From Hypanus sabinus (taxonomy: Eukaryota), in contig NC_082731.1 in assembly GCF_030144855.1 (NCBI RefSeq), positions 29,016,001 to 29,080,000 of the forward strand: 64,000 nt of DNA, given 5' to 3'. The notes below the pieces were generated by a model. It searched no databases, was not told the DNA's origin, and saw only the letters and a program-made list of their open reading frames with translations. Shown piece after piece: positions 12,657-25,700 of this stretch (position 1 is its first letter; each line of letters begins with the position of its first letter). The position numbers were made by a program, and so were the translations under genes.

Positions 12657-14105
12657 CTGAAAGAATTGAGAAAATGAGAGCGTTAGTTTCTTGTCAATGT
12701 TGCTTGAAGATCAACAAGGCAATAAACTTGAGTAAACTTGATGACTTGAGTCATGTTTCCTCACAGCATGTCACTTGTAACCTGGGAGCCCCTGGACAGA
12801 ACAAAATGAACCAGTTTCTTCGAATTGACTATGTTTGCTCCGCGAAAAATATTGACCAGATCTTCACTTAGTGTTCATTAAACATCATCCCAACTTGTAA
12901 TCTGCACTGGGAAGTGCATGTATGTTTAGCAGTCCCTCCAAAACAGTTTGTCCAAAGACCTGGAGTTGGTTGCTGCCTATTCATTTCATGAATTATGATC
13001 TCTGTAGTTAAAGCCTTCTAGATGCTGACAGATCTGCCAGCCTTGTGTGAGTGGCAAAGTTGGTCATGTGTGTTTCTGCCCAATACCTAAACCATGAGTA
13101 AATCCAGTGAATAATCTCAGCACTGAACACATTGCTGCAGGTCCCAGGGCATCACTGGCTACATATTGTCCCTTCTTACTGTAACTCTCCACTTTCTGAA
13201 TGAGTTAACCAAACACCTTCACAAAGTTGATAAAATACCTTTCTCTGTTAATCAACCTTTGAAACTGTTGACCAATCCAGAATGTACTCTCATTTGCACA
13301 GTGGAAATTACAGCACACATATACCTATATCGACTTGAATCTCTGTCTATCTGCTTATACTATGAAGGACAGAGCCAACCAGACAACACTTGCATTTAAG
13401 TCACACATTGTATCCCAAAACATACCAGCATTGAACACTGGCAGCCGAATGCTTTCCATACCATCTTTATTGCAACTTTGATTACACAAACACGGGCAGA
13501 CATTTAACCTGTCAAGCAGTCTACACAAGTTTCCAACAAGTTCAGACATGGCACAAGGAAGTTTTAACAAGAACTGTTGGATTTCAGAAATGTTGGTAAT
13601 TTATTTTGATGTATTTAATCATGAAATATATACTTCCATTTTGAACTAATGAGAAAGGACTTGTAGAAAATCTTGCTTGTTTCAGTGATGTGACCCATCA
13701 ATTGAAGGTTGACAATTGGAGTTGTCGGCCACTCTGTCCATGGGAATCTCTGCTGCAGAGAACCCAGTGACCCAACTTCTTTCCATCTCATCTGGTGGGG
13801 AAGGGTAACTTCAGCGGGCTCCTATTGGGATTTTTTTAATATGACGTTTACTGGAAATATTCTGCTCTTACACCATCCAGGCCTATGTTTACACCACTAG
13901 TGATCTCTCTGCACCTAAATTGTAAAGGCTTTATACTATTCAAAACATAAAAGAAATTGTGAAAAGCATTCAGTGGGTAAGAGAACACTTATGAACAGAG
14001 AAAGGGCTAACACTGAGATAGCATCACAAGTGTACTCTGTACCATTGCTTCAGCACTAGTTCTGTTCCTGGCTGAGTACTGTGCATCTCTCTGGTTTACT
14101 GGAAC

Positions 14106-15047
14106 TCAACAACAGTCTGGTGTCCAGTTACATTCCACAATGCCTGCTCCAGTGGAACTCAGTTCCTCCAGTTCTGCTGACAAATAGACTTGCTTCATGT
14201 CTCTGAGACTCTGGTGTGCAATCATTGATCCTGCAGTCATTATTTCATCATTCCCGCACTGACAAGGCCGGCATTCCTTGCTCTGCTCCAGCCAGCCGAT
14301 CACAGAGCAGTGAAGAGTTTGGTGTGGGACTGATGGATATGGGTAAACATGGTAGGAAGGCCAGTGTCCTTCACCAAAGAACATCAGAGAAATAGTTTGT
14401 AATCTCAAACTAGAATCCGGCACAGTCACCTCTGGTTGTGTGTTCATGCCATTGTCCTGAGGCTTGGGAACAGAGTGTAGGTCAGTGATTCTGGTAATTT
14501 TGGTCACTGTTCTACAGGAAGGATATTAATAAGGTTGAAAGAGTGCAGAGAAGGTTTACAAGGATTTTGCTGGGACTTAGGAAACTGAGTTACAGAGAAA
14601 GGTTGAATAGGTTAGGAATTTATTCCATGGAGAGTAGATGAATGAGGGAAGACTTGATACAGGTATATAAAATTATGGTGGGTATAGATAGAGTGAATGC
14701 AAGCAGGCTTTTTCCACTGAGGCTAGGGGAGAAAAAAACAGAGGACATGGGTTAAGGGTGAATGGGGAAAAGTTTAAAGGGAACATTAGGGGATGGCTTC
14801 TTCACACAGAGACTGATGGGAGTGTGGAATGAGCTGCCAGATGTAGTGGTAAATGTGGGCTCACTTTTAACATTTAAGAAAAACTTGGACAGGTACATGG
14901 ATGAGAGGTGGAATATGGTCCAGGTGCAGGTCAGTGGGAGTAGGCAGAAAAATGGTTCGGCACAGCCAAGAAGGGCCAAAAGGCCTGTTATTGTACTGAA
15001 ATGTTCTAAGGTTCTACTAGTACTGAAGGAGTGCTGCACATATCTGT
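14106..15047 (-). pseudogene. Candidate Cys-rich secretory-tail exon after CH4 (146 aa if rejoined), interrupted by a CR1 insertion
   Basis: Acceptor cccctctgtcacatctcag in phase 1. Removing 14516-15017 (flanked by gttctac at 14509-14515 and 15011-15017) joins 15047-15018 in frame to ORF 14106-14507. Confidence 0.5.
14516..15017 (+). mobile_element. 5'-truncated CR1 3' end
   Basis: KLERVQRRFTR-like start; FFTQRLMGVWNELP; tgttctaaggttcta tail; 7-bp direct repeat at the flanks. Confidence 0.85.
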
Positions 15048-15302
15048 CTGAGATGTGACAGAGGGGCCCAGATGGGCACTTACTGATGGACAGACAGACC
15101 TTGTGTTGGTAGTTTGGAAGAGAGTCAAGTTTTGAAAGCATCGGATGAACTCTGATTCTTTCCCATTCTCTGCCTCTGCATTATTAATCCACTCACATAA
15201 CTACAACAATGCCACACTTGCCGTTACCTATTGACCTTGCTTGGCCCTGGGTTGTGGCTGTGGCAGAGGATGACAACAGTGGAGTGAATCTCAGAATCAT
15301 AC

Positions 15303-15620
15303 CTTGAATGTTTTTCACATCCAGCCTGACGCTGGTGTTGGAGGGGGGATGAGACACTGTGCATCTGAAAACTGAGCCTTCCTTCCACTATTCTGGGCTC
15401 ACGGTCAGGACGTAGCTGGCAATGAAAGTCCCCGCCTGTTCCAGAGTAGCTGGTCTCACACTGATGTTGGAAGAGATCAGAGAGTCCCCTTTCTCCCAGG
15501 TGATGGTTATTTGGTTTGGGTAGAATCCAGAAGCAATACACTCGAGGGTGACCGTGTTCCCACTCTTGGTCTCTCCCTCTGGCGGGGGCAGCAGTCTGAC
15601 TTTGGGACCTTTTGTCTCCA
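15303..15620 (-). pseudogene. IgW CH4: IgW CH4 exon (IgNAR C3-like) with an in-frame TAG at 15388-15390
   Basis: VETKGPKVRLLPP...TLECIASGFYP...VLTVSPE*WKEGSVFRCTVSHPPSNTSVRLDVKNIQ. Acceptor ttccag (an alternative in-frame acceptor gives a start at 15626), donor G|gtatga, 318 nt. Confidence 0.9.
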
Positions 15621-15708
15621 CTGGAACTGATGAGCAAACAATGGAAATGTCAAACATTTTTACTGAGGTAACAACGTTGTCCATTTTAATCGCTGACCTC
15701 TTGCCCAC

Positions 15709-16011
15709 CTTCGGTACTTTTCGTCCGTGCTGATACTGGTGAGGTTGAAGAAGGTTGTTGGGCAGAGCAAGTGTACTCCACCCCACTGGCCCATTCCTCC
15801 ACACTGGTCTGATGTTGGCTGATCACTGTGTCTTGGGTTCCTTCCTCTCTGGGCTTTTTGGTCACGTTTGCTTTGATTTTCTCCCCCTCGTTCACCTGCC
15901 AGTGGATTTGGACCTGGCTCAGATCAGCACCCACAATCATACACACCAGAGTAGCGGTCTGGTTGATCCACATCTCTTCAATGGAGGGATTTTGGATAAA
16001 GACAGACAACT
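15709..16011 (-). CDS. IgW CH3: IgW CH3 exon (IgNAR C2-like)
   Basis: ELSVFIQNPSIEEMWINQTATLVC...SVEEWASGVEYTCSAQQ. Acceptor tttctcatctacag, donor G|gtgggc, 303 nt, 88-nt intron to CH4. Confidence 0.9.
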
Positions 16012-16879
16012 CTGTAGATGAGAAATAGAAAATTTACAAACTGGACAATATCTGCTGTCAGCTGGCTTGACAACTTCAGCTCAGACTCATCCTGAAGCTC
16101 AATTTGTACAGACTTGTACATTGGAATGAAATCAGGTTTGTTTGCAGAGTGGGTTGCTCATCTCTGCTTACAACCTTTGACTGAGAAAACAAAACCAAAC
16201 AACAAGGAGCTTATTTCCTCGGGAGCCAGTCGGGTCACAGCAGAGACTGCAGGACAGTTGGCCAGCTACGTGACATTTAGCTGCTGGAATGCAATGAGAG
16301 ATGCAGTTTCTCATCAAAGACAACATTTCCTGAAATCTTCTTGTCTCAGTGCATGTGAGAGACTGTAGATCCATTTGTGAGATTGAGCTGAATCAATGAG
16401 CTGCCTCATATCTCTTTGCACTGAGCCTGGGATTTCTCCAGATTGAAAATTGTGGTGCTGACTTTCGAATCTCCCATGAAAAATCTCTCTTTTCATCTCT
16501 GTAACTTGCCTGACCCAGTCAATGATTTCACTTTGTTCCAATTGTCCTGTTCACTTTGTTTATTTCCATCTCTACACTTTAAACCTCCCTGCCATTCTAT
16601 TTACCGTGGAGTCTGCTTTTCATTTGCTGGACACTCATAGACACGGCTTTGTGTTCCATCATCCACATCATTAGTAATATCAGTGAATCGTTGCAGGGCC
16701 AACAAGGATCACTGCAGAACACTGCTCATGATTAAATCCTGCTGGGTTCAGTCCCCTGTCACATGATTCAGTGATAACATAGTTTTTGATGAATAATTGC
16801 AAGCTATTTCAATCCATTAGTCTACAGCAGATCCGGGCATTGTGTGGGGGCAGCCACCTCAGGCCAACATCGGGCAGTC

Positions 16880-19330
16880 ACTGGAAGAGCTGAGCACCAT
16901 GATCGCTAAACATGAAATAGCACACCGGGATTTGAACCAGGACATCTTGAGGAAGTCTCTGTACAATGTCCACTAACATATCTCCTGTGGAAACAGAGGA
17001 GCCAACACTTTACCACTGTTATACCACCATCAACATGGTTACCGTGCCAGCCCATGACCACACTCCCAACATATAGGCAGAGAATAAAGACCACAGTACT
17101 GGTAGTGAAGTCCAAGAAGATATGGTCAAGAAAGGCAGAAGTGTCCCTACAGTACTTTGAGTTGGAAAACTGGGCAAAATTCAGAGACATATCTTCAAAT
17201 TTGAATGAATATGCTACCTTTGTCACCAACTTCATCAAGACCTGTGTGGATGAGTGTGTCCCTTCGAGAACATCCTGGATATAGCCAAAGAAAAAGCTGT
17301 GGGTGGACCAAGAGATTTGTAGATTTACCAGGGCTCATCTATGGCAGTGTAGGCAGGTGACTTGGCATTAGACAAGAAGCCTAGGTATGATCTGCAGAAG
17401 GCTATTTTACGAGTGTTTAAACACATTTTGGTCAAAGTCGCCCCAGCATACAAAGCTCCCTCAGTCAATGTCTTCCAGATAGCTCATGGAAGTATCCTTT
17501 TTTGGTCCTTTACGTCTGTTTTTCTCCTTAAGTATTTTTCTGAGACTGTTAGAGTTAGAGACTGTGATTTAGATTGGAGATTGTTTCAGTGATGCAGTGC
17601 TTTGCTGTCTCCAAGAAGATTACGAGCATGTACTCAGAAGGCCTCGATGCGATTAAACTTTAAACTGATGATTGACTCCATTTCACCATTGAAGTTGTCC
17701 ATTAAGCAAGCGAGAGTTTCGGCACCGATTTCTTGCCTTTTGATCACTGCTGGAGATGGACTCTATGAGCAGCCTATTGCTGTGTGGCTCTCTGCCTCTT
17801 GTGGTGTCCATCTCCTTCAATGAATGTCGGTGATATCGGAGATGTTACTGCGGATCTGTGTTTATGGATTGGACTGTTGTGTTTATGGACTGTGGACATT
17901 TTAACACTTATAGTTTTTTATATTATGTGTTTTATATCAGCTGTTTCCTTTCTGTTTTGTTGTGTGAAGGGAGGGTGTTCTGTTAGTTTTTTGTGTGGGG
18001 GAGTGGTTGTTTTTTGGGGTTTATGTTCCATTTTGTGGAGGGAGAGGTGGGTATAAGGACTCTTTGATGATTGTGATGCTCTTTTGTTGCTGGTGGAGGA
18101 ATGGGATAGGTTTGATGTTTCGCTCTGAATGACTTTCACATTCTTTCTTGTTTTCGTGGCTATCTGGAGAACACAAAAAATTTCAAGTTGTACGTAGATA
18201 CAGGCTTTGATAATAAATGAACCTTAGAACAATTCCAATTGAACTTAGGGAAGGAATCAGATCCACTTTAGCTCTGGCAAACTTTTCAGGCCATTACTTC
18301 CTACAAGTTGAAACCTTAAATGGCAGTGATGCTTCATTCCCAGATGAACCCAATGCCATTAATGTACACTTCAAAAGGGAGAATAAAACCACATACGTGT
18401 GAATCCCTGCAGTGCCTGGTGACCCTGTCATCTCTGTCAGAGGCCATTGACAGAACAGCTTTCAAGAGGGTGAATCCTTACAAGGCATCTGGCCCTGATG
18501 GTGTACCTTGTACGGAATTGAAAACCTGTGCCAACCAACTAGTGGGAGTGTTCAAGCACATCTTCAATATCTCACTGTTGCAGTCAGAGGTTCCACGTGT
18601 TTCAAAAGAGTGAGAATCATACGGTGCCCAAGAAGAGCAGGGTGAGCTGCCTCAATGACCATCACACAGTTGCACCCACATCTACTGTGATGAAATGCTT
18701 TGAGAATTTGGTCACTGCAAGAATCAGCTCCTGTCTATAGCAAATGGAATCTCACTTGCTCTCCACTCGGCCTTGGATGACCTGGACAATAACAATACCT
18801 GCTGCACGTCAGGATGTTGTTTACTGATTCCAGCTCAGCATTCAACACAATCATTCCCTCAGTTCTAATCAATGCGCTCCAAAACCTGGGCCTCTAGGCC
18901 TCCTTCCAAATCTGGGCCCTTAACACCCTCACCAGCAGACCACAGTCAGTGTGGATATGGAAGAGCATCTCCTCCTCACTGACAATCAACACTGGAGCAC
19001 CTCATGGATGTGTGCTTAATCCACTGCTCTACTCTCTCTGCACCCACGACTGTGTGGCTAGGTACATCTCAAGTGTCATTTAGACAATTGCTGATGAACT
19101 ATTGTGGGCAGAATTTCAGGGTGATGAGGAGGCATACAAGAGCAAGATCGATCAACTGAGAAAATGGTGTCACAAAAACAACCTTGCATTTAACATGAGT
19201 AAGACAAAGCAATGGATTGTACACTTGAAGGGGAAATCATGGGAACAAACATCAGTCTTCACTGAGAGAGATCAGCAATGGAAAGTGTGAGCAGTTTCAA
19301 GTTCCTGGGTGTCGATATCTCTGAAGATAT
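16880..19330 (+). mobile_element. Rex1/Babar-like LINE fragments with interleaved unclassified repeat
   Basis: EYATFVTNFIKTCVDECVP; KASGPDGVPCTELKTCANQLVGVF; NNLAFNMSKTK. Confidence 0.7.
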
Positions 19331-19673
19331 TTCCATTTCTTTATTTGCATAGTTCTGATCTCATCTTTTCTCTCTTCTTCCAATTCTTTCTGTCTCTGTC
19401 TCCACTGAACTCACAAGACGAAACCAGGAGACAGTGCAGACCACCAGATTCCATCCTCTGGGCTGAGATTTCTGGGTATTCATTCTCTCTGAGGGAAGAA
19501 ATTTCCCTGCACCCCAGTTTCAAATGTCCTGCCTTTTACTTTGTAACTCTGTCCCCACAATCGATGCTCTGTGACATCTACCCTCTTGTGCCCCTTTTTA
19601 TATCTGATGTGTTTGAATCTTTTCAGCTACAATCAATGCAGACCCAGACTGTCTGGCCTCAGGCAGCACGAGT

Positions 19674-20244
19674 GAATCTGCAAATGCTGGAAATAAATAA
19701 AAAACACAAAATGCTGGCAGAACTCAGCAGGTCAGAGAGCATCTATGGGAGAAGGTAGTGATGACGTTTCAGGCCGAAACCCTTCATCAGGAGTGAAGTA
19801 ACATGGGACGGTCAGGGGAATAAGAAGTGGGGGGAGGGATAATGTAGAGAGCTAGGAAGTGATAGGCTGGAGGGAAATGGGCTAGGGGGAAGGTGGAGAA
19901 TTATGGGAAATAAAAGAGCACCAATGAAGGATATGTGACTATAATACCAGGTCTGGGTTAGCGTGTGGTCCAAAAGTTACAGGGCCGAAGAAATAGTAGG
20001 TTGGGAGCAGAGAGACAGGCTGTTGCTGAACTCCCGTCAGAGAGAAGATCTGAACTTCTTCAGTGTAGGCATCACTGGAAGAGGCTTCGCAGTAGTGAAT
20101 TCAAAGGAAACATGAGTGAATCTGCAGATGCTGGAAATAAATAAAAAACACAAAATGCTGGCAGAACTCAGCAGGCCAGACAGCATCAATGGGAGGAGGT
20201 AGTGACGAAGTTTTGGGCCGAAACCCTTCATCAGGAGTGAAGTC
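19674..20244. mobile_element. Penelope-like element remnant with two direct terminal repeats of about 127 bp (19674-19800, 20117-20244)
   Basis: Both copies read gaatctgca..atgctggaaataaataaaaaacacaaaatgctggcagaactcagcagg...gccgaaacccttcatcaggagtgaagt. The same motif family occurs at the ends of the element at 45545-46850. Confidence 0.7.
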
Positions 20245-20259
20245 ATTGAGTCATAGAAA

Positions 20260-23200
20260 ATTATAGCTCAGAAACAAGTCCTTTGTTCCATCTGGTCTGT
20301 GCTAAGCTGTTTAAACTGCCAAGTCCCACTGGTTTGCACCCAGACCATCGCCTCTATACCCCTCCCATCCTTGTAACCACCCAGACTTCTCTTAAACATT
20401 GAAATCGAGCTTGCAAGCACCATTTTCTCTGGTTGCTCATTCCACCTCTCACAAGTCTCTGAGTGAAGAAGTTTCCCCTCATGTTCCCCTTCAACATTTC
20501 ACCTTTCACCCTTAACCCATGATCTCTAGTTGTAGTCTCACCCAAGCTCAGTGGAAAGAGCCAGCTTGCATTTACCCTATCTATAGTCCTGATAATTTTG
20601 TATACCTCCATCAAATCTCCTCTCAGTCTTCTCCGTATCAAGAAATAAAGTCCTAACCTTCCTTATAATTCAGTTTCTCCAGTCCTGATAGCATCCTTTT
20701 AAACTTTCTCTGTACTCTTTTAAGCTTAATTACATCCTTCCTGCAGGTAAGAGACCAAAACGGAACAGGTATTGATTTTTACTCCTCATGTATATGAAGG
20801 ATGTAAGTAATAAAGTCAATTCAATTCAACTCAATTCAAATTCGGCCTCACAGATGTCTTATACAACTTTAACATAACATCCCATCTCCTGTACTCAGTA
20901 CATTGATTTATGAAGGCCAAAAGAATTCTTTATGATCCTATCTACCTGTGCCTCCATTTTTCAATGAATTATGGACCTGTATTCCCAGATCTCCTTGTTC
21001 TACTGCACTCCTCAGTGTTCTATCGTTCACTTTGTAAGACCTACCCAGGTTGATCCTACCAAAGTGCAACACCTCACACTTGCCTGCATGTAAGTCCATC
21101 TGCCATTTTCCCAGCTGGTCTAGATCCCGCTACAATCTCCAATAGTCTTCCTTGCTGATCACTCCACCCCCAATCTTGGTGTCAATTGCAAATTTGCTGA
21201 TCCAGATTGGTTAGACATGCACTAAACACACAAGGCCATGCTGACTATCCTTAATCAGTCCATGTGTATCCAAATACTCATATATCTGGACTGTTAGAAT
21301 ACCTTCCAATAACTTACCCACTACAGATGTCAGGTTCACTGGCCTATAATTTCCTGGTTTATTTTTACAGCCTTTTTTAAACAGTGGAACAATGTCAGCT
21401 ATACTTCACCTGGCAGTCATAGAAACATAGAAAACCTACAGCACAATACAGGCCCTACGGCCCACAAAGTTGTGCTGAACACGTCCCTACCTTAGAAATT
21501 ACTAGGCTTACGTATAGCCCTCTATTTTACTAAGCTCCATGTACCTCTCTAAAAGCCTCTTAAAAGACCCTATTGTATTCGCCTCCACCACTGTTGCTGG
21601 CAGCCCATTCCACGCATTCACCACTCTCTGAGTAAAAAATTTACCCCTAACATCTCCTGTGTACCTACTCCCCAGCACCTTAAACCTGTGTCCTTGTGGC
21701 AACCACTCCACACTTAACTGGGTTGAACTCCATCTGCCACTTCTCAGCCCAGTTTTGTATCCTATCAATGTTCCGCTGAAACCTCTGACAGCCCTCCACA
21801 CTATCCACAACACCTCCAACCTTTGTGTTACCAGCAAACTTACTAACACATCCCTCCACTTCCTCATTCAGGACATTTATAAAAATCACGAAGAGTAAGG
21901 GTCCCAGAACCGATCCATGAGGCACTCCACTGGTCACTGACCTCCATGCAGAATATGACCCATCTACAAACATTCTTTGCATTCTGTGGGCAAGCCAGTT
22001 CTGGATCCACAAAGCAAGCTCCCCTTGGATCCCATGCCTCCTTACTTTCTCAATAATGCCTTGCTGAAATCCATGTATACTACATCTACTGCTCTTCCTT
22101 CATCAATGTGTTTAGTCACATCCTCAAAAAATTCAATCACGTTCGTAAGGTACGACCTGCCCTTTACAAAGCCTTGCTGACTACTCCTAGACATATTATA
22201 CCTCTCTAAATGTTCATAAATCCTGCCTCTCAAGATCTCCATCAACTTATCAACCAATCTTTGTGCTCTTAACATATCTGTAGAGTCCCTTGGGATTCTT
22301 CTTCACTATGTCTGCTGGGGCAACCTTGTCCATTCTTTCTTCAGTGTTTTTTTAGCATTTCTTATACTCCATAAGTACCTCATTTGTTCCTCCAGCCTCT
22401 ACCTGTTGGGCAATTCCTTTTTATTCTTAACCATGGCCTCAATATTTCATGAAGACCAAGGTTCCCAAATCTGTCATCCTTGCCTTTATTCTGACAGGCA
22501 CGTACAAGCAACATCCTCTCAAAATTTCACTTTCAAAGGCTTCCCACTTACCAAGTACAGCTTTGCCAGAAAACAGCCTGTCCCAATTCACGCTGACCAG
22601 ATCCTTTCCTATACTATCAGAATTTGCCTTTCTCCAAATTAGAATCTGAACCTGTGTACCAGATTCATCTTTTTCCATATTTATTTTGAAACTACTGCAT
22701 TATGATCAGTAGATGCAAAGTGATCCCTTACACAATCATCTGTCACTTGTCCTGTCTCATTCCTGAATAATAAATCAAGTATTCCTGTTGGGATTTCTAT
22801 GTATTGATTAAGGAAACTTACTTGAATACATTTGACAAACTCCATAAACTCCATCCATTTGTATTATGGGAGTCCAATTAATATGTGGAAATTTGAAAAG
22901 ACCTACTATCAATGCCTTGCAATAGTCTGTGATCTCCCAGCAATTTGTACCTCTAAATCCTGGAGGGTGGTCTATATTATAGCCCATTAGCATGGCCATA
23001 CCTTTCTTATTCCTCATTACCACCTGTAAAGCCTCACTAGAGGAGTTCTCCAATCTCTCCTGATTGAATATTGCTGTGACACTTTTGTTTGTGTGCAACG
23101 CCGCCACTTCCCCGTCAATCCCTCCTGCTGTGTTGCATCTAAAATAGCAGAACTCCGGAACACTGAGCTGCCAGTCCTGCCTTTCCTGCAACCAAGTCTT

Positions 23201-23975
23201 ACTAATGGCTACAATGTCATAATTCCATGTGTTGGTCTCTCCCTTAAGCTCATCTGCCTTTCCTACAATAATACCTGCTTTGAAATATACACAGCTGAGA
23301 ACATTACTCACACAATGCTGAAATTTTTGATTCCTGACTTTGTCTAATGTCCAAACAAAACCTGTCTCTACAACCTCTCCACGATCTGTTCCTGCGCACT
23401 GGTTCTCATCCCCTGCAGCTCGAGTTTAGCCAGTCCCTACCTGCACGATGCAGCACAAGCAAACCTTCCCACAAGGATACTATTCCCCCTTCAATACAGA
23501 TGCAAACTGTATTAACATGGCCTTTCTTATTCCTCATTTCCACCTGTAAAACCTCACAAGATTAGTTCTCCAGTCTCTCCTGATTGAACACAGCAGTGAC
23601 ACTTTCACTAATGTGTACTGCCACACCTTCCCCTTCAATCCCTCCTACTCTGTTTTGTCTAAAACAAAGGAACCCCAGAATATTGAGCTGCCAGTCCTGC
23701 CTCTCCTACAACAAAGTCTCACAAATTGACACCACATCATAATTCTATGTGTTTTTCCCTACAATTATACTTGCTATAAAATATACACAGCTCAGAATAT
23801 TTCCTTCACACCATGCTCAAATTTTGATTCCTGACTTTGACTAATGTCCTAACATCTGTCTCCACAACCTGTCCATGATCTGTTCCTGCACTCTAGTTTA
23901 AACAGCTCCACCCCTACCATGCAGGACAAGCAAACCTTCCCACTATGTTATCAGTACAGATGTAAACTGTCTGCC
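20260..23975 (-). mobile_element. Nested CR1 LINE fragments (3' ends, RT, endonuclease), including a ~520-bp tandem duplication
   Basis: FFTQRVVNAWNGLP; GSVLGPLLFVIFIN; AVDVVYMDFSKA; YDIVAISKTWL. 23001-23510 is repeated from 23521. Confidence 0.8.
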
Positions 23976-24550
23976 CTGAAAGACAGATGTGTAACTGCAC
24001 CATTGCAACAGAACAGTTCCCAACAATGATACATTTCATTTAGTTATTGACACACATGCACCAGATGAGGAGCAGCAATGTTACTGGGCACAAGGGGCCC
24101 TCAAACAGTGATCTGACATTTTTGACACCGATATGATGTTTGATGAGTGGTTTCAACTCTCAACTTTGTCAGATGGCCATAGGTTTGAATTTTTCTAACC
24201 ATTAGTTGACAGCTGATCAGTGGGACACCCAGTGCAGGGAGGGTTTAGACACCAGATAACCAGATACAAAGATAAGTATTTCTCCCCGAGTATATGTCAC
24301 CTGCAACACATTATGTTGGAAGTTTCTTATTTCACATCCCCAAAAAGTACAACCAAGACATTTTCATATCATATTTATTGAACTTGAATCGATACTTTGA
24401 CATATACAAAGATTTCATACATTATGTAGTCCCACACAGGGTTGAAATCCATTCAAACATGGCAGAAGGTGGTCTGAGAACCTACCCAGTAACTTAGAGG
24501 ATTGTGGTGAATCATGTTTGTAGTTTAATTTGGTTTCTGATCTTAATTTC

Positions 24551-24556
24551 TTTATT
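24551..24556 (-). terminator. Poly(A) signal of the secretory transcript
   Basis: AATAAA on the minus strand about 110 nt after the CH6 stop codon. Confidence 0.7.
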
Positions 24557-24666
24557 AATTATTTGAAAAGGTCCAGGCTTTTATCATCAGCTAAAAATCC
24601 TCTGTGATAATTAATAATCATAAAACTAACAAAACAAAAGGATCTCATACATTGGATCACACAGTA

Positions 24667-25052
24667 TTACACACAAGATTTAAAACTATCAGTCAGAACA
24701 AGTGAGACATTGACCAGGGTGGGTTTGCTGTGAGATTTATTGATGCTTCGGAACAGGTTGGTTGTGAGCGACTCATGACCCACCACACAGGAGAAAGTGG
24801 TGCCGCTCTTCCACTCCTCAGGAGAAACCTTCAGCTGACTGGTCATTGTGTTCCAGCCTTTTCTGGGGTCCTTGGTCACCGGCTGGTTCACAAACACTGT
24901 CTTCAGAAGGGTGTCATTGGCCATCCAGACCACATAGATGTCTGCGGGAGAGAACTTGGTGACCAGGCACATCAAGGTCCCAGTCTGATCGGTGTCTATC
25001 TCATCCGATGAAGGTGGGAGGAGGTAGACCTGAGGACGAGTCACAAAATCAC
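24667..25052 (-). CDS. IgW CH6-Sec: IgW CH6 exon with canonical secretory tailpiece
   Basis: GDFVTRPQVYLLPPSSDEIDT...LMC...WMAND...FSCVVGHESL...KPTLVNVSLVLTDSFKSCV*. NVS sequon and penultimate Cys. Acceptor ttctttctgttccag. Confidence 0.95.
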
Positions 25053-25700
25053 CTGGAACAGAAAGAATCTCAGTTAGAATGAATCTTCTAATAATTCCCG
25101 ACTTACCCAACAGTTTCTGGTCTTGTACCAACATGAACAATTTCTAAATCTGAGAGGCTTCACTTTATCTGAAACTAAAGGCTTTTCCCTTTCTGCTCAT
25201 CATTGGGATTTGTGGAGTGGAAATCTTGAACCTGCTGCATTTTACAGCTTCCAGTGAGGTTAGTCCATTCAGTTCAATCAATGGGAGTCGCTGAACACAG
25301 CAACTCGACAGAAAGTGGAACTCAGCCCCTGGACTTGCATCATCCTGTGCTGTTTGTTCCATCTCCCCTGGAGCAGGGGTGGCAGTCTCAGCTGTGTACG
25401 TGTAGAGGGAGTGAGAACCTGTGGAACTCTCTCCCACAGAAAGCACTTGAAGAATTATCGTCTAATACATTCTCGAATGGATTGTATATACTTCTTCATG
25501 TGAATTCGTCAAAGGATATCTGGAGAAAACAGGTATTGAATTCGGACGATCAGCTGCAACCAAATTGAATGTTTGAGCAGATCAAGAGACCCAGTTATCT
25601 GCTCATGTTTTCATTTTCTATAGTCCATCACAGTGCTGGATGGTGATAAATCTGTCCAATTGCTAAGATCAAACTCACACTGAATTCTGTCCACACGTAC

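Noticed and set aside
15224-15804. Overlapping minus-strand ORFs 15224-15637 and the N-terminus of 15388-15804 as separate genes
   Set aside because: They are alternative frames and intron read-through of the CH3 and CH4 exons.
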